The translations under genes were made by a program, and so were the position numbers. A stretch of 58,956 bases of DNA. Source: an uncultured Bacteroidales bacterium. Its GTDB lineage: Bacteria > Bacteroidota > Bacteroidia > Bacteroidales > UBA4181. Under the pieces are notes generated by a model that was not told the origin of the DNA, ran no database searches, and worked only from the letters and a program-made list of their open reading frames with translations. Where the stretch lies: contig CAYVJA010000002.1 of NCBI GenBank assembly GCA_964451605.1, positions 39,969-98,924 of the forward strand, given 5' to 3'. Below are positions 19,467 to 28,199 of the stretch, piece after piece. Within the stretch, counting starts at the first letter, position 1. Every line of letters begins with the position of its first letter.

Positions 19467-21752
19467 ATGATGCTCACGATTAACCCCGCTCTTTCGGAAA
19501 AAGTACAGCGGGTTGGAAACATCGGATGGTGGAAAGTATGCTTTGAATCGCAGACTATCAGTTGTTCTTCTTATCTGTGTGAGCGTTTTGGACTCTCTTC
19601 ACATACCTTTTCTTATCGGGAACTTTTATGGAGTTTGTGTAAAGCAGACCGTAGGCGTGTGGCCTCCGATTTTATGCTTTTGCAGGCGGGAAGTTTTGTG
19701 CAGAACGTCTATCGGGTTTCTATAGCAGACGAAACCATTTGGCTTCATGTCTATTATAGCCATCGTGAGGCGGTGTGTGAGGGCGGTCCCTCCTGTGCCG
19801 TGGGTTTTGTGAAGGATATCACTTTCGATGAGCGGCGCTTTTCGTTTCTCAAGGGCCTGTTGGATTATCCTGCCAATCGCGATAACCTTGCGGCATTCGA
19901 AGAGAAGCTTCCCTCCAGTTTCTTACGAGCCTGGTCGAAGTCGATAAGTAAATTTGAACGAAAATTTCATCCGGTGGCGCAAATCGCCGAGATGGGTTGG
20001 TTTTTCTGGTTCCCCGCCCGAAAAGAGGGCTTTGCCACCGAGATGTGGTACCGGAATCTGGGCGAGAAACCTTTTACTCCTCTACATCAGGTTATCGGCA
20101 AGTTTCAGAATGTGCACCCCGAAGACCGGATATCTCTGTGCCGATACCTTGACTGCGGTGCCGCACATGTGGGCGTGCAGACAATTGAAGTGCGAGTGCG
20201 GGATAACGGCGGTTGGCGTTGGATTCAGTCGACGATGATCTCGGGTGGGTTAGACGAGGGTTCGGGTTCGAACGAAGAAGTCACTGAAATATGGGGTATA
20301 AATCAGAATATTACCACTACACGCAAATTAAAACTGCGTAACCTGAAAATTGTGGAATCGGTTCCCGACTCCATGTATCGTCTTTCGCGCGGATTGGTCA
20401 TCGAGGAGTGGCTCTCGAATGAGTCTACCTGGCAGACAGTTCCTTATGCCCCTGCCGGAACTTCACTTTCAAATCTGTACGGAGAGAAAGTCTGTGAAAC
20501 CTTTGGTGTGGCTGTGGAGACCTGTTTGCGCGATGGGGTGAAGCAGTTTTTCAAGTTCAATGTGCCGGTAAATGGGGCAAAGGTCTATCTCGATTGCACC
20601 ATGGTGCCTTTCGATGGCACCAGTGTCCTCTGTTTTCTCCATAATGCCACTCAGGCAGTATTGGGCAAGAAGGCCATCGAAGATTTAAATGAGTTAAATA
20701 ACAGCTTGCTCAAGAATATTCCCGCCGTAGTTTACGTAAAAGATCCGGGCGATGATTTTCGTTATATCATTTGGAACCGTATGGCGCAGAATTCCGGAAT
20801 CTACAACCGTCGGGATGTGCTGGGTGCCTCCGACTTCGATCTGCTTCCCGAGGAGCAGGCGCGCCTGGCCCGAACGGACGATGAGCGGCTGCTCGAAACC
20901 GGTGTGGGCGAAGAGTCGACGCAGGTGTTCGAGGGTAGCGATGGCAGCCCTCGCTATATCAGTATTCGTCGAACTCTGGTTCACAGGAATCACAAGTTGC
21001 CCTTAATTCTCGGTATCGGTTGGGACATCACCGAAAAGGTGTTTGTCCAGGAGGAGTTGATGCGGGCAAAAAACAAGGCAGAGGAGTCGGATCGCTTAAA
21101 ATCGGCTTTTCTGGCCAATATCAGCCACGAAATCCGGACGCCGTTAAATGGAATAGTGGGTTTTGCCAATTTGCTGAACGACAGTGATCTCACACCAGAG
21201 GAGCGGGATGCCTATTCGCAGCTTCTTAATGAGAATAGCCAACGGTTACTGCAGCTGGTAAACGATGTCCTCGATATCTCTTTTATTGAATCGGGGAGTC
21301 TCTTTTTTCGGATTCAGCCCTGTAACCTCCATACCCTGTGCCTGGATCAACACCAGAGTATCTCTCTGCTTGTCGACAAGGATGTAGTTTGTAATGTATC
21401 ACTTCCTGACACCCCTTATACCATTGATACCGATTCGCACAGGTTGAATCAGATTCTTTTCAACCTGCTCGATAATGCCCGAAAATTCACCTCTTCGGGA
21501 ACCATTACCCTGGGTTACGGCCCGATTTCTCCAAACCGAATGGAGTTCTGGGTAGAAGATACCGGTATTGGCATTGGAGAGAGCCACCTTCGTAAACTGT
21601 TCGATCGCTTTTATAAGGTCGACGACCTGACACGCGGAACCGGGCTGGGACTCTCGCTTTGCAAACTCCTGGTCGAACGGCTGGGTGGCGCCGTCTCAGC
21701 AACCAGTACGCCCGGAGCGGGATCGAGATTTTCGTTCTGGCTACCTTGTTAG
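19467..21752 (+). CDS. multi-PAS sensor histidine kinase
   Basis: The ATG-ATG at 19467 is preferred, because the track's upstream extension overlaps the divergent permease. H-box ISHEIRTPLN and HATPase_c (GTGLGLSLCK). Its HisKA region is near-identical to that of kinase 6324-8633. The stop TAG lies inside repeat copy D. Confidence 0.85.
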   Translation: MMLTINPALSEKVQRVGNIGWWKVCFESQTISCSSYLCERFGLSSHTFSYRELLWSLCKADRRRVASDFMLLQAGSFVQNVYRVSIADETIWLHVYYSHREAVCEGGPSCAVGFVKDITFDERRFSFLKGLLDYPANRDNLAAFEEKLPSSFLRAWSKSISKFERKFHPVAQIAEMGWFFWFPARKEGFATEMWYRNLGEKPFTPLHQVIGKFQNVHPEDRISLCRYLDCGAAHVGVQTIEVRVRDNGGWRWIQSTMISGGLDEGSGSNEEVTEIWGINQNITTTRKLKLRNLKIVESVPDSMYRLSRGLVIEEWLSNESTWQTVPYAPAGTSLSNLYGEKVCETFGVAVETCLRDGVKQFFKFNVPVNGAKVYLDCTMVPFDGTSVLCFLHNATQAVLGKKAIEDLNELNNSLLKNIPAVVYVKDPGDDFRYIIWNRMAQNSGIYNRRDVLGASDFDLLPEEQARLARTDDERLLETGVGEESTQVFEGSDGSPRYISIRRTLVHRNHKLPLILGIGWDITEKVFVQEELMRAKNKAEESDRLKSAFLANISHEIRTPLNGIVGFANLLNDSDLTPEERDAYSQLLNENSQRLLQLVNDVLDISFIESGSLFFRIQPCNLHTLCLDQHQSISLLVDKDVVCNVSLPDTPYTIDTDSHRLNQILFNLLDNARKFTSSGTITLGYGPISPNRMEFWVEDTGIGIGESHLRKLFDRFYKVDDLTRGTGLGLSLCKLLVERLGGAVSATSTPGAGSRFSFWLPC

Positions 21753-21921
21753 TGCTCTAGTGCTCTTGTGCTCTAGTGCTGCGCTTCGCGCGCCATCGCA
21801 TTAACCATTGATTTCCGCCTAATTGGAGGTAACTGCCTCTTCGACAAACTTGTCATGTCGAAGAGGCAGTTACCTCCAATCAGGCACTGTTCTACTGCTT
21901 TACTGTTCCACTGCTACATTG
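21749..21921. repeat. Intergenic repeat copy D (octamers + clamp + P-module hairpin + S module)
   Basis: Reads TTAGTGCTCTA GTGCTCTT GTGCTCTA GTGCTGCGCTTCGCGCG, then CATTAACCATT, then the inverted P modules. The tandem S module CACTGTTCTACTGCT/TTACTGTTCCACTGCT occupies 21885-21921. Confidence 0.9.
21818..21884. repeat. 29-bp inverted repeat (28/29 complementary) with 9-nt spacer: two opposed P modules
   Basis: CCTAATTGGAGGTAACTGCCTCTTCGACA aacttgtca TGTCGAAGAGGCAGTTACCTCCAATCAGG. Confidence 0.9.
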
Positions 21922-22020
21922 AATTGCATTGTGGGTGCCGGTCGATGATTTTTGACAGGGAATCTGTAGATTTGTTGAAGGCAAATCATTCTCATCCAGT
22001 CTCTCACAACATCGCTCTCT

Positions 22021-23868
22021 ATGAAGACTTCTGCTGTTACGCCGTTTTTTTGTTGGTGCACGCTCTTTTTGTGTCTCTTTTTCCCGTTGAAGGCTGCCGA
22101 TCCTGATGTGAAGATTACGCAGGATGTCGAAACTTTCACTCTCGATAATGGGATTGTTTCGGCACGGGTGTCGAAGGTTACCGGCGATTTGGTTTCGTTT
22201 CGATATAAGAATGTCGAGATGTTTGCCACTTCGCTTTCGCCCGATTTTATCCCGGTGGCGCAGGGTGAAACCCCGGCAGATAATCCAAACTGGCGGAATC
22301 CCTCTATTACCGGACGTCAGCATGCGTACTGGTCGCACGATGCGATGGGTGTCAGGGGTTCGGCGCCTGCTATTCCTTCTGTTACAGTCGATCCAAAAAA
22401 CTTCGGAGGCGATGTGGGCGAGGTTTCGGTGAAGGCCATTTCGAATGGACGGAAGATGGGTACGGGTCCGGGGGCTTCGGCCGACGGACAGTTTGTGGCC
22501 GATATTGAGATCCGTTATGCCCTGGAAAGGGGCGAGTCCGGAATCTATACCTATTCGGTTTTTGTCCATAAACCGGAGTATCCCGTTACTGAGTTGGGCG
22601 AAGCCCGTTTCTGTGCCAAGCTGGCTCCTTTTTTCGACTGGATGAGTGTCGATCCCAAAAAGCATTTTTTGTCTATGGAGTAGATGAGCGGCGGGCCTAC
22701 CAAGGTAGAGTTCCTGGGTCACCGCGATACCAATGCGGAGGCGGCAGCTACGGTGCTCAACTATTGGCGGAGCAGCCACTACGGAGGGGCCGAGGTGAAT
22801 GTGGCTGCCGGCGAGGCGTGGGAGAAGGTAGTCGGGCCGATGTTTATCTATGCCAACAGTGGCCCCAATCCGGATGCCATCTTCGCCGATGCCCGTGCCC
22901 GTGCAACCCTCGAAGCCCAAAAGTGGCCCTATCCCTGGGTGAAGGGTGTCGACTATCCTCTGGCATCGGATCGGGCCACGGTTTCGGGCCGTATGGTACT
23001 TAAGGATCCCATTACCCCGAAAACTTTTGTGAATCTTACAGTAGGTCTTACAGCCCCTGCCTACGAGTCGCCCCGTCTGGTAGCGCCTCCGGTTCCGGTG
23101 ATTACCGACTGGCAGCGCGATGGAAAGTTTTATCAATTTTGGGTAAAAGGCAATCCCGACGGAACCTTTGCCTTACCGGCAGTGCGTCCTGGCCGGTATA
23201 CGCTGCATGCCTTTGCCGATGGTGTGTTGGGCGAGTTTATCAAGACGGATGTTGTGATAACAAAAGGGGGTGAATTCCGCCTGGGGAAACAGGAATGGAT
23301 CCCTTTGCGAAAGGGCCGTCAACTCTGGGATATCGGCATTGCCAATCGGAGTGCCTCCGAGTTTTTTATGGCCGAAAAACACGTTGATCCGGAGATTTCG
23401 CTTGCCTATGGTGCCCTTTTTCCTAATGATGTACAATATACCATTGGGAAGAGCAACTTCCGCACCGATTGGTTTTTCCAGCATGTGCCCCACAATGAAA
23501 ACCCTGAGGCGAAATCGGCTCCTTTTTACGGTGCCAACTCCCCGGGGCGTGCAACCCCTTACACTGTCAACTTCGAGTTGCCCTCCGTGCCTAAGGGTAC
23601 TGTCATTCTGCGGTTGGCCATTTGCGGCACCGGAACGCGTACGCTTGATGTTACGGTTAACGGGAAGCCAGCCGGTAAGCTCGACGGATTGGTGGCCGAC
23701 GGGGTGATTACCCGTCACGGTTTGCAGGGAATCTGGTACGAAAAGGAGATTGTTTTTGATGGTGCGCTTTTGCAGAAAGGAACCAATCAACTGGTGCTTA
23801 CGGTACCAGCCGGTCCGGTGAATAACGGGATAATGTACGACTATATCAGGCTGGAAATTAGTGATTAA
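22021..23868 (+). pseudogene. rhamnogalacturonan endolyase (PL4-like) interrupted by an in-frame TAG at 22681-22683
   Basis: ORFs 22021-22683 and 22684-23868 are contiguous and in the same frame (…LSME-TAG-ATG-SGGP…). Together they give ~614 aa with a signal peptide, an RhgB_N-like N-terminus and fn3/CBM-like C-terminal domains (…GIMYDYIRLE). Confidence 0.7.
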
Positions 23869-23963
23869 ATGCTCTAATGCTCTAATGCTCTAGTGCTCTA
23901 GTGCTGCGCTGCGCGCAAATGGTTAGTGGTCAATGGTGAATGGTAAATGATGAAGAGTGAAGG
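23866..23963. repeat. Intergenic repeat copy E
   Basis: The stop TAA is followed immediately by ATGCTCTA x3, GTGCTCTA and GTGCTGCGCTGCGCGC. Degenerate TGGTNAA repeats follow (AATGGTTAGTGGTCAATGGTGAATGGTAAATGATGAAGAGTGAAGG). Confidence 0.9.
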
Positions 23964-24024
23964 CGACGGGATGTGGGTGTTGAGGTGATGAATGTTTTGC
24001 ATTGAGGTTATCCCGGGAATTTCG

Positions 24025-24032
24025 TATATTTG
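24025..24032 (+). promoter_or_regulatory. -7 box TAtaTTTG upstream of the ICMT-family gene
   Basis: Exact TAnnTTTG match. It supports the ATG at 24094 as the start rather than 23992. Confidence 0.4.
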
Positions 24033-24093
24033 TTTAAGGAGGATTTCTGGTGTAATACCACTCTGTTTAACAATCACTTATACATTCTTATTT

Positions 24094-24846
24094 ATGTTGT
24101 TGAAGAATCGACTGGAAAAGCAGGGTATCTGGCTTTTTCGCTTTAGGGGGGTATTACCTCTGGTAGTGCTTGGCCTGGGTTTTTTTGAGTATCTGCAAAC
24201 AGAGTTGCATCCCGAACATTTTCCTCTGGAGGAGGCTCCTAATGAGGTATTTTATGAAATAGGCTGCCTAGCCATATCCTTTGTGGGTCTGTTTGTAAGG
24301 ATATTTACGGTTGGACACACGCCTGCCAGAACCTCCGGTCGAAATGTCAAGGAGCAGGTGGCCGACCGGTTAAATACTACGGGGATATATTCTATTGTCA
24401 GAAATCCCCTCTATCTGGGCAATTTTTTGATGTGGACGGGCGTAGCTCTGCTTACCATGAACTTGTGGTTTATTTTGGCCTTTGTCTTTTTCTATTGGCT
24501 CTATTATGAACGGATTATTTTTGCCGAAGAGCAGTTCCTGGCTGGAAAATTTGGATCGGATTATGAGAGCTGGGCCGAAAAAACGCCCTGTATTCTTCCC
24601 CGTTTCTCGCAGTATAAAGCTCCCGCATTGGCTTTTAGCTGGAAGAAAGTTGTGAAAAAGGAGAAGAATGGTCTGTTGGCGTTGTTGATTGTATTCAGCT
24701 TGTTCGATATTGTCGGAGAGTGGCTTGTGGGGGAACCCCCGAAATATATACCTCTCGCCATATTTACAGGAGTTGTTTTGGTGGCCTATTTGCTGCTAAA
24801 GTACTTGAAACGGCATACTTCACTCCTCGATGAGGCCGGACGATAG
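24094..24846 (+). CDS. isoprenylcysteine carboxyl methyltransferase (ICMT/PEMT) family membrane protein
   Basis: Multi-TM protein with the motif NTTGIYSIVRNPLYLGNFLMWTG. The start at 24094 (MLLKNRLEK…) is preferred. Confidence 0.75.
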   Translation: MLLKNRLEKQGIWLFRFRGVLPLVVLGLGFFEYLQTELHPEHFPLEEAPNEVFYEIGCLAISFVGLFVRIFTVGHTPARTSGRNVKEQVADRLNTTGIYSIVRNPLYLGNFLMWTGVALLTMNLWFILAFVFFYWLYYERIIFAEEQFLAGKFGSDYESWAEKTPCILPRFSQYKAPALAFSWKKVVKKEKNGLLALLIVFSLFDIVGEWLVGEPPKYIPLAIFTGVVLVAYLLLKYLKRHTSLLDEAGR

Positions 24847-24855
24847 CCGATCCGT

Positions 24856-25746
24856 TTAACATCCGGCTTCCATCTCGGCTTGTTCCACCTGAATGGTGAT
24901 GTGGTTTATTCCGAAGGTATGCGAAAGTTGCTCTTGCAGGTTTCGGATAAATGCATCGTCGTTTCCTTCGGGCATAACCAAATGGGCTGTCAGTGCCACG
25001 TGTGTGGTGCTCATGGCCCAAATGTGCAGGTCGTGTACGCTCACTACCCCTTTCTGAAGCAGGAGAAATAGGCGTACTTTTTCAATGTCGATGTGATTCG
25101 GAACGGCATCCAGCACCAGGTTCACCGAGTCGGAAAAGAGGCTCCAGGTGCTCCAAATGATTACTGTAATGATGAGTAAACTGGTTACGGGGTCTATCCA
25201 TACCAGGCTTGTCCGGTTAATGATATATCCCGATACAACCACTCCTGCCGATACGGCTGCATCGGCTGCCATATGCAAGAAGGCCCCTTTAATGTTCAAG
25301 TCGTGACGCTGCCCTTTCATAAACAGGATGGCTGTTGCGGTATTGACCACCACCCCGAAGGAGGCAACCATCATGACGATATTTCCGGATATCGGCTCCG
25401 GATTTTCGAACTTTTCTATGGCTTCGCGGGAAATGAGTGCGGCTGCTCCGAACAGAAGCAGGGCATTTACCAAAGAGGCCAGGATAGTGGTTTTTCGTAA
25501 TCCGTAGGTGTATTTTCCCTGGGGTTTCAGGGTTGCCAGCCAGGAGGCTGCCCAGGCAAATGCCAATCCCAGTACATCACCGGCATTATGACCTGCATCG
25601 GCCAACAGGGCAGATGAATTGGCAATAAGTCCGAAGATTACTTCGGCAACCACAAAGGCAATGTTTAATCCGATTGCCAGTGCAAAGATTTTTGCATAGC
25701 TCTCTTCTGCAGGTGGATGGTGTGTATGACCGTGCGTGTGTCCCAT
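24856..25746 (-). CDS. cation diffusion facilitator (CDF) family metal efflux transporter
   Basis: His-rich N-terminus (MGHTHGHTHHPP), six TM segments with HNAGD/HMAAD motifs, and a C-terminal cytoplasmic domain. CzcD/ZitB-like. Confidence 0.9.
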   Translation of the reverse strand: MGHTHGHTHHPPAEESYAKIFALAIGLNIAFVVAEVIFGLIANSSALLADAGHNAGDVLGLAFAWAASWLATLKPQGKYTYGLRKTTILASLVNALLLFGAAALISREAIEKFENPEPISGNIVMMVASFGVVVNTATAILFMKGQRHDLNIKGAFLHMAADAAVSAGVVVSGYIINRTSLVWIDPVTSLLIITVIIWSTWSLFSDSVNLVLDAVPNHIDIEKVRLFLLLQKGVVSVHDLHIWAMSTTHVALTAHLVMPEGNDDAFIRNLQEQLSHTFGINHITIQVEQAEMEAGC

Positions 25747-25924
25747 AGCTTACCCCTTAGAACGGTGTGTAAATGTAAAGAATGTAAGCGCTGAGATGGC
25801 AGAGCAATGAGTAATAAGTGACCTTGGGTTTGTAATTTAGTTATTGCTGGGAACTTTATACCTTATTATGGATACAAATCGGTGTTTTATTTCTAATAAT
25901 CCCTTTTTTTGTATAAAAAATGAA

Positions 25925-26318
25925 ATGGACTTTCTTTCGTTTAGAGAAAAGTTTATTGAGACCGGGTGTGTCAACACCCATCAGTTTGCGGTGGCATACC
26001 CTGATTATAACAGAAATAACCTTACGCGCTGGGTGAAGCAAGGTCTGTTAACAAAATTACGTAACGGATATTACTCATTTCCGGAGTTGCGAGGTCAATC
26101 GCACCATCTTGTTCGCTCATCCCGAAAAGGCACTTCTCGATTTACTCTATCTGTATCCGTTTTATAATACCAAAGAGGCGCTGAAGGAGTTGAGGCTCGA
26201 CGAAGAGTGGCTTTCCACCGAACTTGATGTAGTACGTCTGGATGATTATACTGCCCGTTTTTCCAACAAGACCCTCGCGAAGCGCGTACAATTAATGCGA
26301 ACAACCTACTCGTTATGA
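25925..26318 (+). pseudogene. AbiEi-family (type IV TA antitoxin-like) gene remnant, internally deleted and frameshifted
   Basis: The N-terminal wHTH part (MDFLSFREKF…LTRWVKQGLLTKLRNGYYSFPELRGQ) ends near 26098. The C-terminal part (FAHPEKALLDLLYLYP…) continues in another frame from 26112. From memory, intact family members are ~200 aa, so about 70 central residues look missing. No AbiEii gene follows. Confidence 0.6.
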
Positions 26319-26416
26319 TATGATTTTGAGCATCTGATGTTTACTTCCCGAAACGCTGAAAGGGTCTTGCGTTTCGGTGAATTCGTAAAAGAGTTATAGT
26401 ACGCGAGACAATCAGC

Positions 26417-26465
26417 AAAAAAAAACAGCTAACCTTCTGATTTGTCAGGGTTAGCTGTTTTTTTG
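26417..26465 (-). terminator. Rho-independent terminator after tRNA-Leu (A/T runs on both sides)
   Basis: AAAAAAAAACAGCTAACC-ttctgatttgtca-GGGTTAGCTGTTTTTTTG. Confidence 0.75.
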
Positions 26466-26549
26466 TACCCAGAGCCGGGATCGAACCGGCACAGGGGTGA
26501 ACCTACTGGTGTTTGAGACCAGCGCGTCTACCAATTCCGCCATCTGGGC
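26466..26549 (-). tRNA. tRNA-Leu (anticodon CAA), class II with long variable arm
   Basis: Hand fold: GCCCAGA TG GCGG…GACGC G CTGGT ctCAAac ACCAG, long variable arm, GCCGG ttcgatc CCGGC TCTGGGT A. No encoded CCA. Confidence 0.9.
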
Positions 26550-26687
26550 TTTTTGGAACGATCCATGGGGGCTCCGTCCGGGGTGCGAAATTAGAACAAT
26601 TTGTCAAGATGCAAAAGGATGGTTCTTCTTTTTTTGTTTTTGGGCTATCTTTACCACTCATTGTGTACGTAAAACCTTTATTGTTGC

Positions 26688-28199
26688 ATGGGTAATCTCT
26701 TGTTCAGGCCCGGTACTTTCTCTATCGGGCCCGTTTTTTCTTTCGCCGGCAGGCTTTCGCAGATTCCGGCTCTTTTTGTATTAGGAGTTGTTTCGCTTAT
26801 CTGGCCTCTTAATGAGGCTTCTGCTCAGACTGTTGCCTCTCCGGTATCGGTGCATGCGGTTACCGATCTCTCGCACGAGTTTACCTTCTATGCCGATAAT
26901 CGTTTCTATCAGCAATACCTCCCGCAGGGGAAGGGGGTTGTGCATTGGGCCTCTCTTACCCGCTGCGATCTGTCGAACGCCAATCTGTTGATTCTGCCCG
27001 GCTGTTTTCCGCAGCTGAGCTATACCGATAAGGAGATCCACTTTGTACGGGAATTTTTAATGGATGGCGGCGGTGTATTGGTACTGGGCGATGCCCGCAA
27101 TAGTTCGCAGAACTCGCTGTTAGAGGCCTTCGGTATCCGTTTTGAGCCGGAAGCTCTCTATCCGTTGTCGGCTGCAAGGGGAATAGCCCTTGATACCCTG
27201 AAAAGCGGTGCTCTTTCTTATCTGCACCTGAATAAAAAGCGGAGGTGGACAGTGCTTGTGAGTGATGCCCAACGGCGTCCGGTCATGGCGCAGACGAGTG
27301 TGGGAAAAGGGCAATTGCTGGTGGCATCGCGAAATCTGGCAGGCAGAAATCCCAATGCTTCCGATTCTATTCACGCCTCAATGTGGAAAGCGTTGTTGCC
27401 GCAGTTGGCTGCCGGAAAACGGATCAATCCGGGGGCTCCTCCGAAAGCAATGTCTATGGATCGGGTCGATCATGCTGAGACGCGCAATGGGTTAACCCTC
27501 CGTTATAATGACAATCTGAAACCCTTTGCCGATGAGGTGTTTTCGCTCACTCATCAGACACTTCCCTTTGTAGAGTTTCGCATGGGGGTGCCCCTTTCGG
27601 AGGGAATGGCTACAGACTTTTTGTTGTTACCTACCGATGGCGGCGGCTTTTCGAGCGGGAAGATGGTGGCTGTGGCTACCTGGTGGGACGGTTTTCCCGC
27701 CAATCGCCCCAGCATGATAGAGCTGATTGTGCATGAAGCGGTCCATTCGTGGGTGTTGCCGTTGCCTGAGGTGTGGAATGAACCCATTGCCACCTATATG
27801 GGAAATCTGGTGATGATGGATATGGGATATCAAGAAGAGGGTGAACGGCGCATAGCCCGCCAGATTGCCCGTGCTACACGTCTCGACCCCGAAATGAACC
27901 GGTACGGTCTCGACGGGAAAGCTATGGATGGTTCGGCTTCCCTCTCGGGTGCGGCTGCCAACGACATCCATTGGGGTAAAACATTCTGGATTCTGGAAAC
28001 GTTGAGAAAAGAGAAACCCGATTTGCTGGCTCGCTATTTCAGCGCAAAACGTGATATGACATCTAAAAACCGGATTACCCGAACCGATATGAACAATACG
28101 GTGTCGTTGCTAAGTCTCGCCATGGGGCGCGATCTCTTTGGCTGGTTCCGCGATCGGGGCATTGATGTGAGCCGAGAACGGGCTCAGGTGCGGTTTTAA
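26688..28199 (+). CDS. secreted hypothetical protein with HExxH motif (possible zinc metallopeptidase-like C-terminal half)
   Basis: Signal-like N-terminus ending …NEASAQ, and the motif IVHEAVHSWV…E. No confident family assignment is possible from sequence alone. Confidence 0.6.
   Translation: MGNLLFRPGTFSIGPVFSFAGRLSQIPALFVLGVVSLIWPLNEASAQTVASPVSVHAVTDLSHEFTFYADNRFYQQYLPQGKGVVHWASLTRCDLSNANLLILPGCFPQLSYTDKEIHFVREFLMDGGGVLVLGDARNSSQNSLLEAFGIRFEPEALYPLSAARGIALDTLKSGALSYLHLNKKRRWTVLVSDAQRRPVMAQTSVGKGQLLVASRNLAGRNPNASDSIHASMWKALLPQLAAGKRINPGAPPKAMSMDRVDHAETRNGLTLRYNDNLKPFADEVFSLTHQTLPFVEFRMGVPLSEGMATDFLLLPTDGGGFSSGKMVAVATWWDGFPANRPSMIELIVHEAVHSWVLPLPEVWNEPIATYMGNLVMMDMGYQEEGERRIARQIARATRLDPEMNRYGLDGKAMDGSASLSGAAANDIHWGKTFWILETLRKEKPDLLARYFSAKRDMTSKNRITRTDMNNTVSLLSLAMGRDLFGWFRDRGIDVSRERAQVRF

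Noticed and set aside
21818-21884. The 29-bp inverted repeat as an invertible-promoter (phase-variation) switch or a simple intrinsic terminator
   Set aside because: The arms are separated by only 9 nt, so there is nothing to invert. No T-run follows, and no recombinase gene is nearby.
21892-23136. 414-aa ORF on the minus strand opposite the PL4 lyase gene
   Set aside because: It is Arg/Gly/His-rich and low in complexity, with no motifs. It lies fully antisense to a gene with clear homology-like features, so it is a typical shadow ORF.
25925-26318. An active AbiE (type IV toxin-antitoxin / abortive infection) system
   Set aside because: The AbiEi-like gene is internally deleted and frameshifted, and no AbiEii toxin gene is present.
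26497-26784. ORFs 26497-26784 and 26513-26695 (+)
   Set aside because: They overlap tRNA-Leu on the opposite strand and the upstream region of gene 26688, so they are likely spurious.
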